Of a stretch of 64,000 nt of DNA, positions 39,494 to 53,768 are shown one piece after another. The DNA is taken from positions 27,344,001 through 27,408,000 of the forward strand of contig CM052818.1 of NCBI GenBank assembly GCA_028534125.1, read 5' to 3'. The notes under the pieces are model-generated. The model was not told the DNA's origin and did no database searches. It saw nothing but the letters and a program-made list of their open reading frames with translations. A program made the position numbers and the translations under genes. Each line of letters begins with the position of its first letter. The first letter of the stretch is position 1. This stretch comes from Lama glama (Eukaryota).

Positions 39494-42400
39494 CAGGAAA
39501 CTCTTAATGAGAGAACATAAGACCATCATCAGCACTGTCGTAGGTAAACATAGACACACACATAGATGCCAAGTAAGATTAAAAAAAATAACCCTACCGT
39601 TGCATTTATCTTCACACTGTCACCTTGTCAGGACATGTGCTTACACACATCTGGCTATAAATTCACACATGCACAGGGGACCTGTGTGTACAGGCTGCAC
39701 TTCCTGGTACAGAAAATACACAAAAGCACATGTGACATGTATAATTTTTTTTTAACAGGAAAACCATGTTTCCTATACACGTACACACAGACAGTTACAG
39801 ATCCACATGGGATATGCTCTCTCGATTAAAGATGTCTGCTTAGGTACTGATATATCCAAAGGACCCCTAAGGAAAACACTATAATAATGCTTGAATTTAG
39901 GCAGACACAGGTCCGGCCAGGAGGCATGAAAGAACACATAGATAACATTTTTGGGAGCTCCATGTCGCACTGAAGTGTGACACCACAGCCTAATTTGTCT
40001 GAAAAATTCCTGAGGAAACAGAACAAGTTGGCTCTCAATCAGAAAACATTCAGAAAGTTCCAATCTGATTAGCAATCCAAATGCCAAAGGGCACCAGGAA
40101 CATATAAATGTGATAATACTATGTTTTCTTCTACTACCACAGAGATAAGTATCACATTAAATACTACAAGCAAGGTGTTTAGAAAGTTTAAAAATCTCAT
40201 TAATTGCCCAGATCTGGGTCAAGCACAACTGAGTCTGTGAGATTTTGTTTCATGCCCTCGAAAGTAAGCAAGCCAGGTCCTCTGAGGCCACCAGCATGGG
40301 ACAGGTCACCGGTGCCCTTGCTCAATGTGGTTTCCAGGATACTCGAGGAAGCCACTTTAAATGCACCTCTGCAATGAACTAAAACTGCATCAAAACACTA
40401 AAACAAGCGTCCTTTCAGGTCCACTGTTGCAAAAACACACTACTGATATTTATAAAAGCTCTGTGACGTAGACTGGAATTTATTTTCGCCAAAGCATTAA
40501 GAACAGTAAATAACAATCCTTTATATAATATAAATAAATAGACAAGATCAGAATGTATTCTAGACCCCTCTGAAATGTCCTTCTATTACAACTGGCCTTA
40601 CCTATCTTTCTAATTTTGAGGATTTTGACTCTTAACAACAGACCATGGGAACAGATTTTGAAGAGGAAAAAAAAAAAATCTCTTATTTCATTTTCCAAAC
40701 TGGGTAAAAGGAAAAAAGCCTAGGTAGCACACGATAAAATATGAGCTCATTTTACTGACACTCAGCTTTTCTCTATGTCTATAGAACTTCGATTCTATCT
40801 ACAAATATATGGGCACATTCAGAAAAAGGAGTATCAATTTTTTAACATCGTTAAATTCCTGTATTGTTCTTTTGTTATTGCAACAGGAAAAGAAAGGCTA
40901 CTGATAAGGAGAAAGCACTTTACTTGCTTTTCGGGAAATTAAAAAAAAAAAACCCAGTAACAGAGAAAAGAATAATGAAGTGTAGGAAAACCAGGAAGTT
41001 ATCAGCCAGAAACGAAAAACACATCCACAACTTAAAGGAACATTCCAGTCTCTTAAAAACTCACACAAATATTAATTCATCACGGGTTAATTCCTTCCCT
41101 CTGCCAACTTCACAGGCCCTGCTTATAGCTGTTACTTCCTCCTGATGCAAAGAACACTTAGCAACAGAGACCGCAAATCAAACGCAGGAAGGCACCCTAT
41201 AAAAGGGTATATATCCCCAGCTTTCGATGCTTCAACAACCAGTGTGAATCCACTATCCTTACTGAAGAGACTAAGCACCATTTAAAGAATGGCCTTATAA
41301 GTTTCAAAATAAGTTATTCAAATGCTCAGAACAGCATCTTAGTGGTCAAATATGAACTCAGGAATCAACCAAGTTTTATTTTTATTAGAGTATTTCTATA
41401 AAGACCCCAAATACTGAATTTTGCTGCTCTTAAATACCTTTCTTGAGAAAGTTCTACATTTCACAAAGAACAGCACCAGCTCTGGAAGTAAACACAGTAT
41501 GTCCATGAATCACAAAATAGCTCAAAAACTGATTAAAATGAGTTCTGACTTACTTTTTTTTTTTTTTATCAGAATCTTCTAGAAAGCCAACCATGCACAA
41601 CACTATTCAGACTGAAAACAGCCCCTCTGCCCTTATTACAACTGCCTGCGTGCCCGTCTCGTCCCTCCCATCAGAGGTGACGGCTTTCCATGTCACCTCG
41701 AACGCCCCTGCGCAGCCGGGCTGGACCCAGGTCCCTGCTCCCCAGGTGCGCAGGACACAGTCAGGAAGAGGCAGGATTAACTTTAGGGATCCTTGTTTCA
41801 CCCTAAGGAGAGCTCCTCCTTCTGGGCTGAACTCCTTTAGCAGCAATTTCATAATCAGAAAGGATTAAAATGATGAGGCAACATTCTAGAGTGTAATCAA
41901 TCAGTAAGAGGTAAGTATTTAAAATGTCTCCTAGCCTAGTGGCGCCGGGCTTCTGAGCTGGGAAAAGCCTGAAAGAAAAGAATGGGGTGGCCAGAGGGGA
42001 AAAAAGACAAATCTGACGAACTTCACCCTTTTCACCTAAGGGGGCCCTGACATCCTTCAGTGAGAAGTGGAGGAAACTGCTGCTCGGCTTCGAGGTGTAT
42101 TTCTGTGTGTGCTTGCACGCGTTAATAAGTGTCTCCGTCAATTAATAAAGACTTTCTTGCTTTTTAAAAAATTAAAACCCTCTTCATTCAAAACCGTTTT
42201 GTTGTTGTTCTTTTCTGGAGGATCTCTGAATCAAAGTACCAGGTAAATATAGAATTCTGGCAAAGCTGGGAAATGGAAAAAAACACACTATCTATCAGAG
42301 AATCCTTACCTATGTTGACAAAGTTATGAGAACATCTGAAATGATCACTTTTTGATAGAATGTAAATTCCTGCTAAAGTGATTATGCTCCCAAATTGTTT

Positions 42401-43431
42401 CTTGAACTTCCCTTTTAACAGATTTTTTTTTTCTTTCCACGAGCAGAACAAACACAAACCACCAAGTTTGCCTGAGTTGTCCAAAACCCCAGATTATAGT
42501 TTGGGAAGACGAATTACAATAATAAATGAGGTTTTAATGACCTGAGTTTGGGAATGACAACTCCTGATGGTCCACACCCTCTGCGTGGCTGATGGAGACA
42601 GCTGGCCAGAAGGACACTGAAGGGGCAGCTCCAACTCCTCTAAGAGGGAGGGGCCCTGCGCTGGGGAGTGGTCCCCACCCGGCTCCCTCTGCAGCAGCTC
42701 AGAAGGCCTCCTGGGCCCGGATTCCAGGCCCTTTGCTCATGTCAGGAAAAGCCTTTGTGGGGGCCGGCGTTTAGACGGACACAGCTGGGCAAAGCAGCAA
42801 CTCAGCAGCTCTGTGTGACAGAGCACACGCCAAGCCCTGGGAATAGCTGAGAGGTCACCTACAGCCAAGTCGGAAACCACAAACCCGCAAGGGACTGATC
42901 AGGGCTACCAGAAGCTAAAACATTAACCTGCTGAAGGCCAGCTTTGACTATTTCTTTAACATCCCTGGTAGGTGGAAATACCAAGTTTTCAGCATGGCCC
43001 CTGAAGAATACCACTTCTCTGGCTGAAGGTGTCCGGTTGTTTTTTTGTCCTTTTGGAACAGTGTTTTGTTTTGTTTTGTTTTGAAATACTATCACTTAGT
43101 ATATGACATTGAATCTTGAAACAAGCATACCCTCGTAGGAAAAACTATTCACCTGCAATTTCTGGTACTCCTGTAACTAACCTGGGAGAAGGTGCAGGAG
43201 GAGGACAGACAGACAGCTGACCTACATACAACCTGGGGCAGAAGGAGTGACTTAAAAGCACAGATGAAGAGCTAAAGCAAAGAAAGGGGAAGGACATCTA
43301 ATAAATGGTACAAACCGCCACTGGCTACTTTACCTGTAACTGTATAACAAGTATCCTGCTAAGGGTCAGATAGAAAAAAAATTTTACACCATTTATTGTA
43401 ACCCCAGTGTGCATGAATGAAATGCCCCTCT

Positions 43432-43453
43432 ACACACACACACACACACACAC
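43432..43453 (+). repeat. (AC)11 microsatellite
   Basis: Directly visible. Confidence 0.95.
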
Positions 43454-46400
43454 CCCACTCCCCTCTTAGCACAAGGATATAAAATATTTAATAATGACTT
43501 TTTTTTTTCTGTTGGGCATAAGAAACCACAACCACCAGAAGGTCACTGTATGACTTCCAACAGTTACAATGCAGGTATAATTATTCAACCAAGTGCGCCT
43601 CTCCAACTGGTCTTAGGCCAAGTTCCCTGGGTTTCCTGTTTTGATTTCCCAGATATTCAGAACTGGTTTCCGCCTCTTGGTAGTCATTTGTTCCCCACCC
43701 CCTCAACCCCACCCGTTATCAAGATATCAAAACAACAATTTGTACCTAAAACATAAAATTCTAAAATACTGATTTAGTTGTCAACCAAAATAAAAAGTCT
43801 ACTACTTATGAAAATAAATAACTCTGTCTACACTTTCCCCAGGACATTCGCTGGAATTTAAAGTGAAACACGTGTATTTAGATTTCAATGTTATTTTATA
43901 TATATACATACATGCACTAAAAAAAGGAAAGATACATTATATTATCAACTTGTGATTATTTTCACAAAGAGACAGCAACAGCAGTACCGATTTAAAGTTA
44001 CATAAAAGCCTTACTGCCTTAATTAAACAACTATCCTTAAAGACACTTGGATAGCTAATGGAAAAATCAAAAGCAGCAGGGACTTTGACAGCAATGAGGT
44101 CCCTTATCCACCTGGAAGGTAAGGTCAAATGTGTTTTTTTGTTTTTTTCTATTTGATTAGTGTTTCCAAACCCAATAATGTTAATTAACTGAATTCCTCA
44201 AAAATATATTTTTAAAACAATTCATATGAGCTAAAGCAGTATTATTAACAAGCACAATATTGATTTCAGATGTACTTAGCCAAAAAAAAAAAAACAAGAA
44301 TCTGTGAGGCATAATTTTAATGAAGCATATGACTTAAAGATTGTGAACTGGTGCACACCTGGGTCTGGGAGCAGAGAAGGCACAGTCCCTGCAACATGGG
44401 ATGCCTGGCTTCAGGATAAGTAAGAATCAAGAGCTTAAGAAGTTCTCTTTCTTGTTTTTTTTTGGTAGATGAGTACGTGTAAGTGTGTGTATATATATGT
44501 GTGCATGTATTTTTATATATATAAATAAAATCAAGGATTACAAAACAGCAGTTTTGAAAGGCCAAGTGCTTCCCAAAGATGTTTTTCCCTAACCTTCATA
44601 CACCTCATGAAATGTACACCTACCCCGATTTCTATCCTTCCTCCAACAGAATAATTACAGGACTGATAAGCTGTAAGGATCTTATAAATTTAACATTGCT
44701 ATATCATAATCTTATAGTGCACAGCAGTTATATTTTGAATGAACATATAATCTGCCTGTCAGTATGTCTGAGCCTGTGAATTAATGATTACACTGGATCA
44801 TTTAACTACAGTCAACACTATATTATGAAAGATTTTGGAATAATGACATATAATACCATGCAGATCAATATAAATGCAAAAAATCTTTAAAAAATCTATA
44901 GACATAAGGTCTTGGGCCTATTTCTAAAGTTTAGCAAAGATCAAACAGGTAAAGTTACATAAAGGATCATCTCTACAAAAACAAAACAATTTCCCCAACA
45001 TCCAAGTTTCAGGATTTGTTTGATTCTCACCATGTGACCCTATACTTGCACTATGGATAGTAGGGTTTTAATTTCTTTTAATATTTACTTGTAAAAAAGG
45101 TTTTAAAATCATATCATGAAACCATTACTATGTACTAATATTTGAAGTAAAGCAATTTACACATAGGCCCTGTTTTTCAACACAAAAACATATTAGACAT
45201 CGAGCAAGCCCAAAGATTACTTAAAGACAAGATGTTCTCTCACACCAGCAACAGCAAACCAGGGAGCAGGTTCACACAAACCCTCCATGACTTTGCTACT
45301 CAATGAATGGTGGAAAACCAGCAGGAGCAGCTTCTCCTAAGGGCCCGCTGGAAATGCAGGCTCCCACACCCTGGCCTAGTCCTGGTCCATCAAAATCTCT
45401 GTGACCACCAAGCTCTCTCAAGTTTAAGAAATCGATGAGATTTCTGGTGCAAGATACCCATGCCTCATAGTGGACCTAAACTCCATGTGGAAACCTGAGT
45501 TGCGGAGAGTTGGGTGCATCTGTCATCTTTGCATCATATTTTGAGATGGCAGAAGATCTCTTGCTACATACAGATCAAAATGTCTCCGTTTAGCACCATG
45601 CCAGTGGCAAGAGGGTCGATGGAGTCCTGCTGCACTAAGATGGAATGGATATTAAAAAAAAAACAAAAACCCACAAAAAACCAGAAAACTTTTGAGTTAA
45701 AAAAAGTTCTGTGAATAAAAGCAAACAGTATAATTCTTTCTAAACACTAATGAAACGCGTGTCTACTGACAAACATTACAGACGGCATCAAGAGCAAGAA
45801 CATCTGATCAGGCCCCACACAGCACAGGCTGCACCGTGTGCTACAGACCAAGAAAAAGGTAACAGCCAAGAATAACATTCAGCACTTACACTTTACCTGT
45901 GTGACAAAAATAAGTGAAATGTTAAAAACTAAAAACGGACTTAAGGAGCTCACATAGTATTAACATCTCCTTAGGTAGGACTGAAATAGTAAATTTAGAG
46001 CACAGAATAATTAATAAAACTTAAGGCTCTGAAGCAACTGTTATGTAGAGTCTAAAAACACGGAAAGAAAAGTCTATTAAACAGAAGCCGCTTGTCTCGC
46101 TTCAGAGGATACAGCTTTACAATGTAAAAATCAAACTTCCTTTTGTTTTAAGCAGCAGAAAAAAATACAGATATGAAAGCCCAGATGAACATATTCCTTC
46201 TAATCTTTAATTTCTGCCTAAGCGTATATATCATGCAATGTAAGTTTCCAGAATAAATGCTTACAGATATCATTTAAGACATTTATAAAATATCTTTAAA
46301 AAAAATCAAATGCCAAGTCCCACAGTGGATCTAAAATGTGCATCAATTTACACACCTGCACTTTTCAGGCCATTCAGAAAATGGTCCTTCAGTTAAAAGC

Positions 46401-48119
46401 AAAACCAAGTCAAACTGGTGGAATCTGAGGTACAGTGACACATAGCAGGTGTTCAGTACCTACTTTTTGAGCAAACAAATGAATAAAGAATTAAACGGTT
46501 CCAGAATGAAAGGACAGCCTCAGAAGGCACTGGGAGAGAATGCCAAGGAGAGGATCCTTCTGGACTCAAAGAATTTATGACCACAATCGCATTTCTTCAC
46601 CTTCCTGTCCAACTATTTAAACATTTAGTGCTCCGACTCTGAATGGTTCTAATCTCAGGTGGGTCTGACCAGCTCTCCTAGACTCAAACACTTGCAAAGG
46701 CTTTTCTGAATCAGGGAGTACAAACGAATCAATTAGTCAATCAATTAATTTAAATGATGTATTATTCTGTTTTATACATCCCACAACCACAGGTGCTGAC
46801 AGCTGTGCTTCAGGCTAACCTTCGGTCAGCCAACAGTCCAAAGGCATTCTTCCACCAAACTAAGCAAGCACTCCACGCTTCCTGCACCACCGTCACGACA
46901 CAGGCCATTTCATCCCACTCTCGGTATGTTAACACTGCTGGTCACTCTTTTTTCTCCATCATGCACATGACTGTTACATTAAACTTCCTAAAAATGCTCA
47001 GACTCCTCCCATCACTTATGAAAACTCCAAGGTCATTAACAGCACCATTCTCCCTGGGAGGATGACTCACGAATCCTTATCTCCAGCCCAGATCTCTGAC
47101 CCGTAACTCCATCTTTCCCTTGATTCTCCATAGATACCTCAAACATAACAAAACAAATTCAACATCCACCTCATCCCACCTCCCATAAAGCTGTTCTCCT
47201 GGTACTTCACATGCTAGTCCATGACACCACTGTACAGCTGGACCATGACCACTCCCCACCCCACCAAGCCTCTAGCCTCGCTGTCATGCCCCTCAAGCAT
47301 CTCTCTTGACAATCTCCCCTTATCCCCAAATCTGAGGATCCTCCAAAGTCATCCTCCAAAGTCAATCAGACACTAAAGCTCACTGATTTGCCACCTTTAC
47401 CCTCATCTGGACCCCACTGTACATCCTCTTTTCTATCTCCAAGGCTGCTCCTAAATTCTCCTTTTGCTTCTGTTGAGCCACTCAACACACGTCTCAGAGC
47501 TGGACTCGGTTCCCAATTCCTCCACAAAGCCCTCCTTGATTTACCCCTCTTACGAACATACAGCAGTTCTTATTTGTCCACTCAATGTCCAAGACAATGA
47601 TAGAACGTTACCTCATGACAATTTTTAACTATCTTTTCTCTAAAATATCTCATAGGGGAAAAATAATTAAATACAGCCTGAAATTTAAAAACTTTTAACA
47701 TTATCTCTAAGTACTTCTAGCTAAAACAAAGGAGGATTTTCTTAAGTCCCAAGTGCATTCCTCCTTTTGCAAAATGTTCACTGTGTAGCTCCCCATAGGA
47801 ATCAGTTCCACAAAACCCATACTATTCCAGTAATCCATGTGACATGGGATGCAGCAATGCCAAAAAGTATATTTAAGAACATATTTTATGGGTCCCACAC
47901 AGATATCCCTTTGGCTACACTCTGCCTGGTGATAAATCAGCGTGAATGGGGTTGACTTTATTTTCCTCAAGAATTTCACAAGGTTATCTCTCTTTGTGGG
48001 AAAAGCTGACATCTCCTCAAGGACATGTCTATCTCTGTAGTCCTCAGTAAACTTGCCGTGAAGCTATGCATGTATGAATGCTACTTAATGAGTCAATTAC
48101 ATCAAAAATTACTTAAATG

Positions 48120-49030
48120 ATAAATAGCTCTACTTAGGTGTCAAATTTGTCTAAAACAAAGCTCTTGAGTCCTCCTTAAGTCCTCCTTAAATCTGCTCTT
48201 GGTCCTAGTAAAGAGCACTAAAATTTGCATAAACCCCCAATTTAAGAGTTCTCCTTGACTCTTCTTTCTCTCACCCCCACATGTAATCCATCAATAAGTC
48301 TAGTTCCAAATCATCTCAAATCCACCCACCTCTCCATTTCCAGCTCTCAGGGCCAAGTCCCCATTATCTCATACCTGAACTACTGAAAGAACCTCTACTT
48401 GTGGACACTTACCCATTTCTGCATCTTTCCAGCCCCTCAAGTCTCTTTTCCACCATATTTCTTTAGAACACATATCAAATTGCATCACACTCTTGTTCAC
48501 AATCCTTCAACAGTTTTCCTGCGCACTCATCAAAGATCCACACATCTCACCAACATCTCAAGGTCGTATGTGATATGACCCGTATCCTTCTCTCCCTCCT
48601 GACATTCCAGCCGCATCGACCTTTTTGCTTCTTCCTGATATTCTCTGAACACACCAAGCCCGTTCTCCCCTCAGAGCTTTCGCACTTGCAGCGCCTTCTG
48701 TACGGAATTCTCTCCCCTGAGATCATCACAACTTGGACTCCTTATAGTCAGACTTCAGGTCAAGTGTCTTTCCTCCATGGAAACCGTCCCTGACATCTGT
48801 ATCTAAAACAACTTCCCTAGTCAAGCTGGTAATTCTCCATCATAGCACCCTGAAGATTACCCTTCACAGCACTTATCATACCACATGACCCTTTCTTCCT
48901 TGCTTTTGTGTTTACTGTCACCCTCCCCTTTTGCATGTAAGGCCCATGAAGGCTGTGTCCTCGGCACCCGCACGTGGGACTAGGATGTGCTCGGCACTCA
49001 GTGAGGATCTGCTGAGGGGACGGATAAATC
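48120..49030 (+). mobile_element. L2 LINE 3' fragment
   Basis: C/T-rich L2-like text: tccttgactcttctttctctcacccccacatgtaatccatcaataagtc...cacagcacttatca... Confidence 0.65.
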
Positions 49031-50029
49031 AATGTTTTCTACTGTGTTTTACATCCGTCTCTGAACAGGATGTGGCTTCTTATTTCTGATTACTTCCTGA
49101 ATTTATGACAACCACTCTGAATTACAGTAATTTTTTGAGAAAATAAAAGCTACTCACCCCAACCTGGAGTCACATGCAAACTTAAAACTCCAACTAGCTC
49201 ACTGTATCATGGAAGGCTTTCGTTTCAACTTTAACTACCATTACCAAGCCCAGAGAGGCTCCTCCAGGAAACCCTGTGGCAGGCCACAGAGGCTGGTACT
49301 GCTTTTGCTAATCTGATGGTGTGGCGCTCAGTGCAGCACCCACCAAACCAATGGCAGACGGATACTATGGCATCGGATCATCAACTTTGTTAAGATCAAG
49401 GTGGGATGACTTGCAGGTCATTCCCTTTATCATTTTTTCTCTTCCTCCTCAGAGGGAAATGCAGATGATTCTGACAAACCGTCCTGTACAAAGGTGTGGC
49501 TGGCTGTTATCCAGTATTCTATTTCCTCTAAATTTGTGACAAACTGATTTTATGATGATGTATTCATATATTTTGGGAAAGAAAATATTTGGTAAAATCC
49601 ATGACCAATGCCCTCCCTTTTAAACAAATTAAAGTAATACACAGGAACTTTTTAAATACCTCCAAAATGCCAATATTCTTCATAAATCTATAAACATCCT
49701 GCAATGACTTTCACCCATTTTTTTAAATGGCACTGTAATTATGCTTAGAATTCACATTCAGGATTCACCCAAACATAGAAATGGGGACCCATGTGCTCTG
49801 ATTATGTTCTGGCAAGAACACTATTCCTTCTGCCCCATTCCCAACCGCATATGTACCTTAACATCACACAATGCCCCAAAGAACCGTCCTCAAAAGAAGG
49901 CTAGAACTAACTATTCGTCTTCCCATAAGAAACCACAAGAACGTGTAAATTTACCAGGTCGTTCGCCATCTCCAGACTCTTAATCTCTCCTGGCCCTGCA
50001 CAATCACCCATGCTCTGCACAACCCTCCC

Positions 50030-51330
50030 TCCTGAATCCTCCTACTGTGCCTTCTAGAACTCATGGACTGTCCTCACCAAAATGTCCCCAATTCTCCCCT
50101 GTAGATGCTCCCTTCACCTTCCTGCTCTAATTGAAGCCTGGGTGCTCGTGCTCCCCACCTGCTCTCTGTCCCTTGAAGATGTCGCAAGTGGGGATGGGGG
50201 TGTAAATCCTGGGGGTGGGGAGTAGATGTCCTTTTTGTTCTCATCACTTTCAGATCATTCCTTCTTTTCCCCTTAAAAAAAATAATGCCTTGTGTGTGTG
50301 ATGCACAGGTCACCAGATGAGGTACCAGCTCCATGAAGTTGTTGCATTTGTCTCCAGAACCTCTGCCTCAGTGTCCCTTCCCTACTCACTGCTGCCGGGA
50401 GCAGCAGTGGGACAGCCAGTCGTGATGCACACTCTCCTGCACAACCCTCAAATTCAGTGCCCTTCTTCTTCCATCTGACTCATCAGGAAAACTCCTAACC
50501 CTGGTTAAACCCACGTCTCCACCTCCACGGCGTCTGCACCAGCGCTGGGGAAGAGCACACCACAGTGCTGGCTGGCCTCCCTTCAAACTTATCACTGCTG
50601 ACCTCAAGCAAGCTGTCGGCACTAGCAGGAGACCCTAACACATCCTCTGCTTAATCCCCTCATCCTCCCTCTGAGATGTCTATTTTCCATTTCCTCTCTC
50701 CTCAGGTTTTCACACCCCTTCTTCCACCTCAGTGTCAGCTGACACCCTTGTTCTATAACATCTCTGAGAATTAGGAGTGATTTTACTCCTCTCCCTTCTC
50801 AAAGACTTTGCTCCTGCAACCATCACCTTTCTTACATCACTAGTTTCTCCCTTTTTACTAGGTCATTCTTGTCATCATTCAAACATGCTCTATTACCCCC
50901 TGAATTTCAAAAGTCCCTCTTGACCCTAGAATCCTCTAAAACAATCACCTTCCTTTTCATTTCCACCTTATAAACATCTCAAAGGAGTTTTCACATTTCT
51001 GTTACTTGTACTATCATTCTCCTACTATTTCAGGTTAGGAACCCTAGCATCTTTGTGTGTTTTCATCTGCCCCTTATCTGTTATCTGCACGTTCTTCCAT
51101 TAAAACAGTGTGTATCCATCTCTTCCCTGCTCTTTCCCCGCGGCCCCCAGCCCAGTCTCTTGTGGCACCACATCTAAGTAACAGAAACAGCTCTCCAAGG
51201 AGCCTCCTGACCGCAGTCTCTCCCCTTGCTAATTCCTTCCATACCCCTGGTCTACTTAACACTGATTTCGCCACGCTCTGCTGCTCTCTGCTCATAAACC
51301 TACACTGATTCTTGACAGCTCAGATCACCA
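50030..51330 (+). mobile_element. L2 LINE internal (ORF2-derived) fragments
   Basis: ggaagagcacaccacagtgctggctggcctcccttcaaacttatc and ctcctctcccttctcaaagactttgctcctgcaaccatc resemble L2 ORF2 segments. Confidence 0.6.
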
Positions 51331-52584
51331 GGCCTGAGCTCCCTGCTCCAGGCTCAAGACGCCCTGCCTCCCCGCCTTTATTTCCTATTACCTATTAACA
51401 TAAAATTTTGCTCTTTTAGACTTATTTTCCCAGTGTCTCACATACAAGACATGCAAATCTCACTTCTACATTTTAATCTTTTGTCCAGATCATTCTCCTT
51501 CCTGGAACCCATTACCATTCAAATTATAAGTTGTTCAGACCCCACCCCCTCCACAATACCTTATCCTATAATTCCAGGTCACATTCTTTGTCCCTAAATT
51601 CCTACAGCATTCCAAGTCTGCAGTGCTCTTAATGGTTTAATCACACAGTGATGTATCATCACTCTTTCATTTGCAATATATACTTGAATACACAGAGAGC
51701 TTTTCCTTCAAAATGGCTTCTCAGGAAAGGGAAATCCCTCAATACGGACATCTTACAAGACCTCAAATATTGCAGCATGCTTTATTTTGAAAAACAAACT
51801 GCTATTTGTGGAAGATACATTAACCTTAAATGACCTCAACCGATTCTACTTTCGGATTATATAGAGGCCATCTGACAGTAATCTGTGAAAAAAAGAGGGG
51901 GAGGATGGGGTAAAGAAATTTAATCAGCTTCAGCGATGATTCCTGAGGGAATGGTCTCAAAATTGGAAGCGCCGGATCTCCTAAACAGCCTTTTTAGACA
52001 CACTCTAAAAAAAATCAATGCAGTGAATCTCCACATTGCAAAGATCGTAAATATACACCTCACTAATTAAAAATGCAACTGTCCTAGTATTACGCGAAAA
52101 GACAACCTGCTGTAGAACAAAACTTCTTGTGATAACCTGGATTCAAAATCAGCTGCATCTCCAATGACTTGGATGGCAGTGCTCAGGAAAGGGTTTTAAA
52201 CCAGGGGAGGCAGCGCCAGCAAAGACAGTGACGGCGATCATGATGCTTTTGAAACATGTGAATAAAACAGTTTCATGAAATGTAAAAAAACAGCAAAAAG
52301 TAGTCATCTAAGCTGCTGTATTATCATATATGATGTGATTTTAAATATGCATGAATAATTAATTAAGTAGACATGTGACCTCTTCATCTAGACTCAGTAT
52401 TATCTAAGACTCTCTGTGGTTTTAAATTTTTTATTTCTATTGTTTTCTACCATGCTCTCTTTCAGTGATTCAGCAGCATTAGTAAGCCCAAAAAGAAATG
52501 CTATTTTAGAGGCTACTGTACATTTCTTATTCTTCACTATCATTTAAAACGTCTTGGAAACTTAATTCAAAAACTTCAATCCTG

Positions 52585-52847
52585 GGTGAGAAGGGATAAA
52601 CTGGGAGTTTGAGATTTGCAGATACTGACAGGTATATATAAAACAGAAAAACAACTTTATACTGTATAGCACAGGGAAATATATTCAATATCTTGTAGTA
52701 GCTCATGGTGAAAAAGAATACGAAAATGAATATATGTATGTTCATGTATGACTGAAGGACTGTGCTGTACACTAGAAATTGACACAACATTGTAAACTGA
52801 CTATAACTCAATAAAATAAAAAAATTTAAAAAACAAAACAAAGAAAC
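52585..52847 (+). mobile_element. 5'-truncated young L1 (3' UTR plus A-rich tail), antisense to CRIM1
   Basis: gggataaactgggagtttgagatttgcagatac...actgtatagcacagggaaatatattcaatatcttgtagta...gacacaacattgtaaactgactataactcaataaaa. Degenerate TSD aaaaacttcaatcctg / aaaaacattcaaccctg. Confidence 0.88.
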
Positions 52848-53572
52848 AAAAACATTCAACCCTGCTCTACTACCTTCATGAGCTTGATTCTGGACTTCAA
52901 AAATCACTGGTATTCTAAACTCTATTACCAACTTCTGCACCTTAAAACAGTATCAATGCAGAGATAAAAGGTATATTTAAGAATGCCTTGTTCAGCCCTC
53001 TTTTTTTCACCCAAGAAACCTGGGGCTAAGAGAGAGCTCAAGGCTGACACTCAAACCCAGACCTCACCCTCTTAATTCTGGCAGCGAGGCCCAGCACCGA
53101 GCTCTAGGTGTGCCACTCATGATTACTGCAGACACGAATCAGATTTTCTAGTCTTCAATCTCTTCTCTAGGTTTTATGCATGAATGTACAAAAGGTATGG
53201 GCCACATTAATATAATTTTCTTGTTATTTTAATGTGATTCCTGACTTCATTCCAGAGGGGATGCGCCCAATCACCTATGTGATTTTGCCCCGTGGCAAAA
53301 CCAGCCTCAGCCTTTGATTGTCACTGCAGAACTCTCCCACCTCCTCTGAAGAGATAGGCACTCCTGCCAGATGAGCTGCAATTCTAATTAGCACCCTCCA
53401 CACAGGGCACCATCCCACGGTAAATCAAGCGGAACAGACGTGGTGACAACAGATGCTGATCTCAAGCACGCCACGTGTGCAATCATCCATTATGCAGAGG
53501 TGACCCAGGCAAGCTGGCACAAACGACCCTGCCCATACTACCGCAGTATCACCACTCCACGGCTTTCAGGAA

Positions 53573-53612
53573 ACACACATGTGTGCACGCACGCACACGC
53601 ACACGCACACAC
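53573..53612. repeat. 40-bp perfectly alternating purine-pyrimidine tract (CA/CG/TG)
   Basis: acacacatgtgtgcacgcacgcacacgcacacgcacacac. Confidence 0.9.
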
Positions 53613-53768
53613 CATCACCATCGCACCTGGTCAACGTTCTGCATCTTGTTTGGGATCGTCAAAGCTACCAATCTCTGTAAGCTTGTCCTTGCCTTTTCAA
53701 GCTCAAATATTATCACTTCTCAGAGTTGCACAATGCTAAGGCTTACTACTGAGAAAACCAGGACTTAC

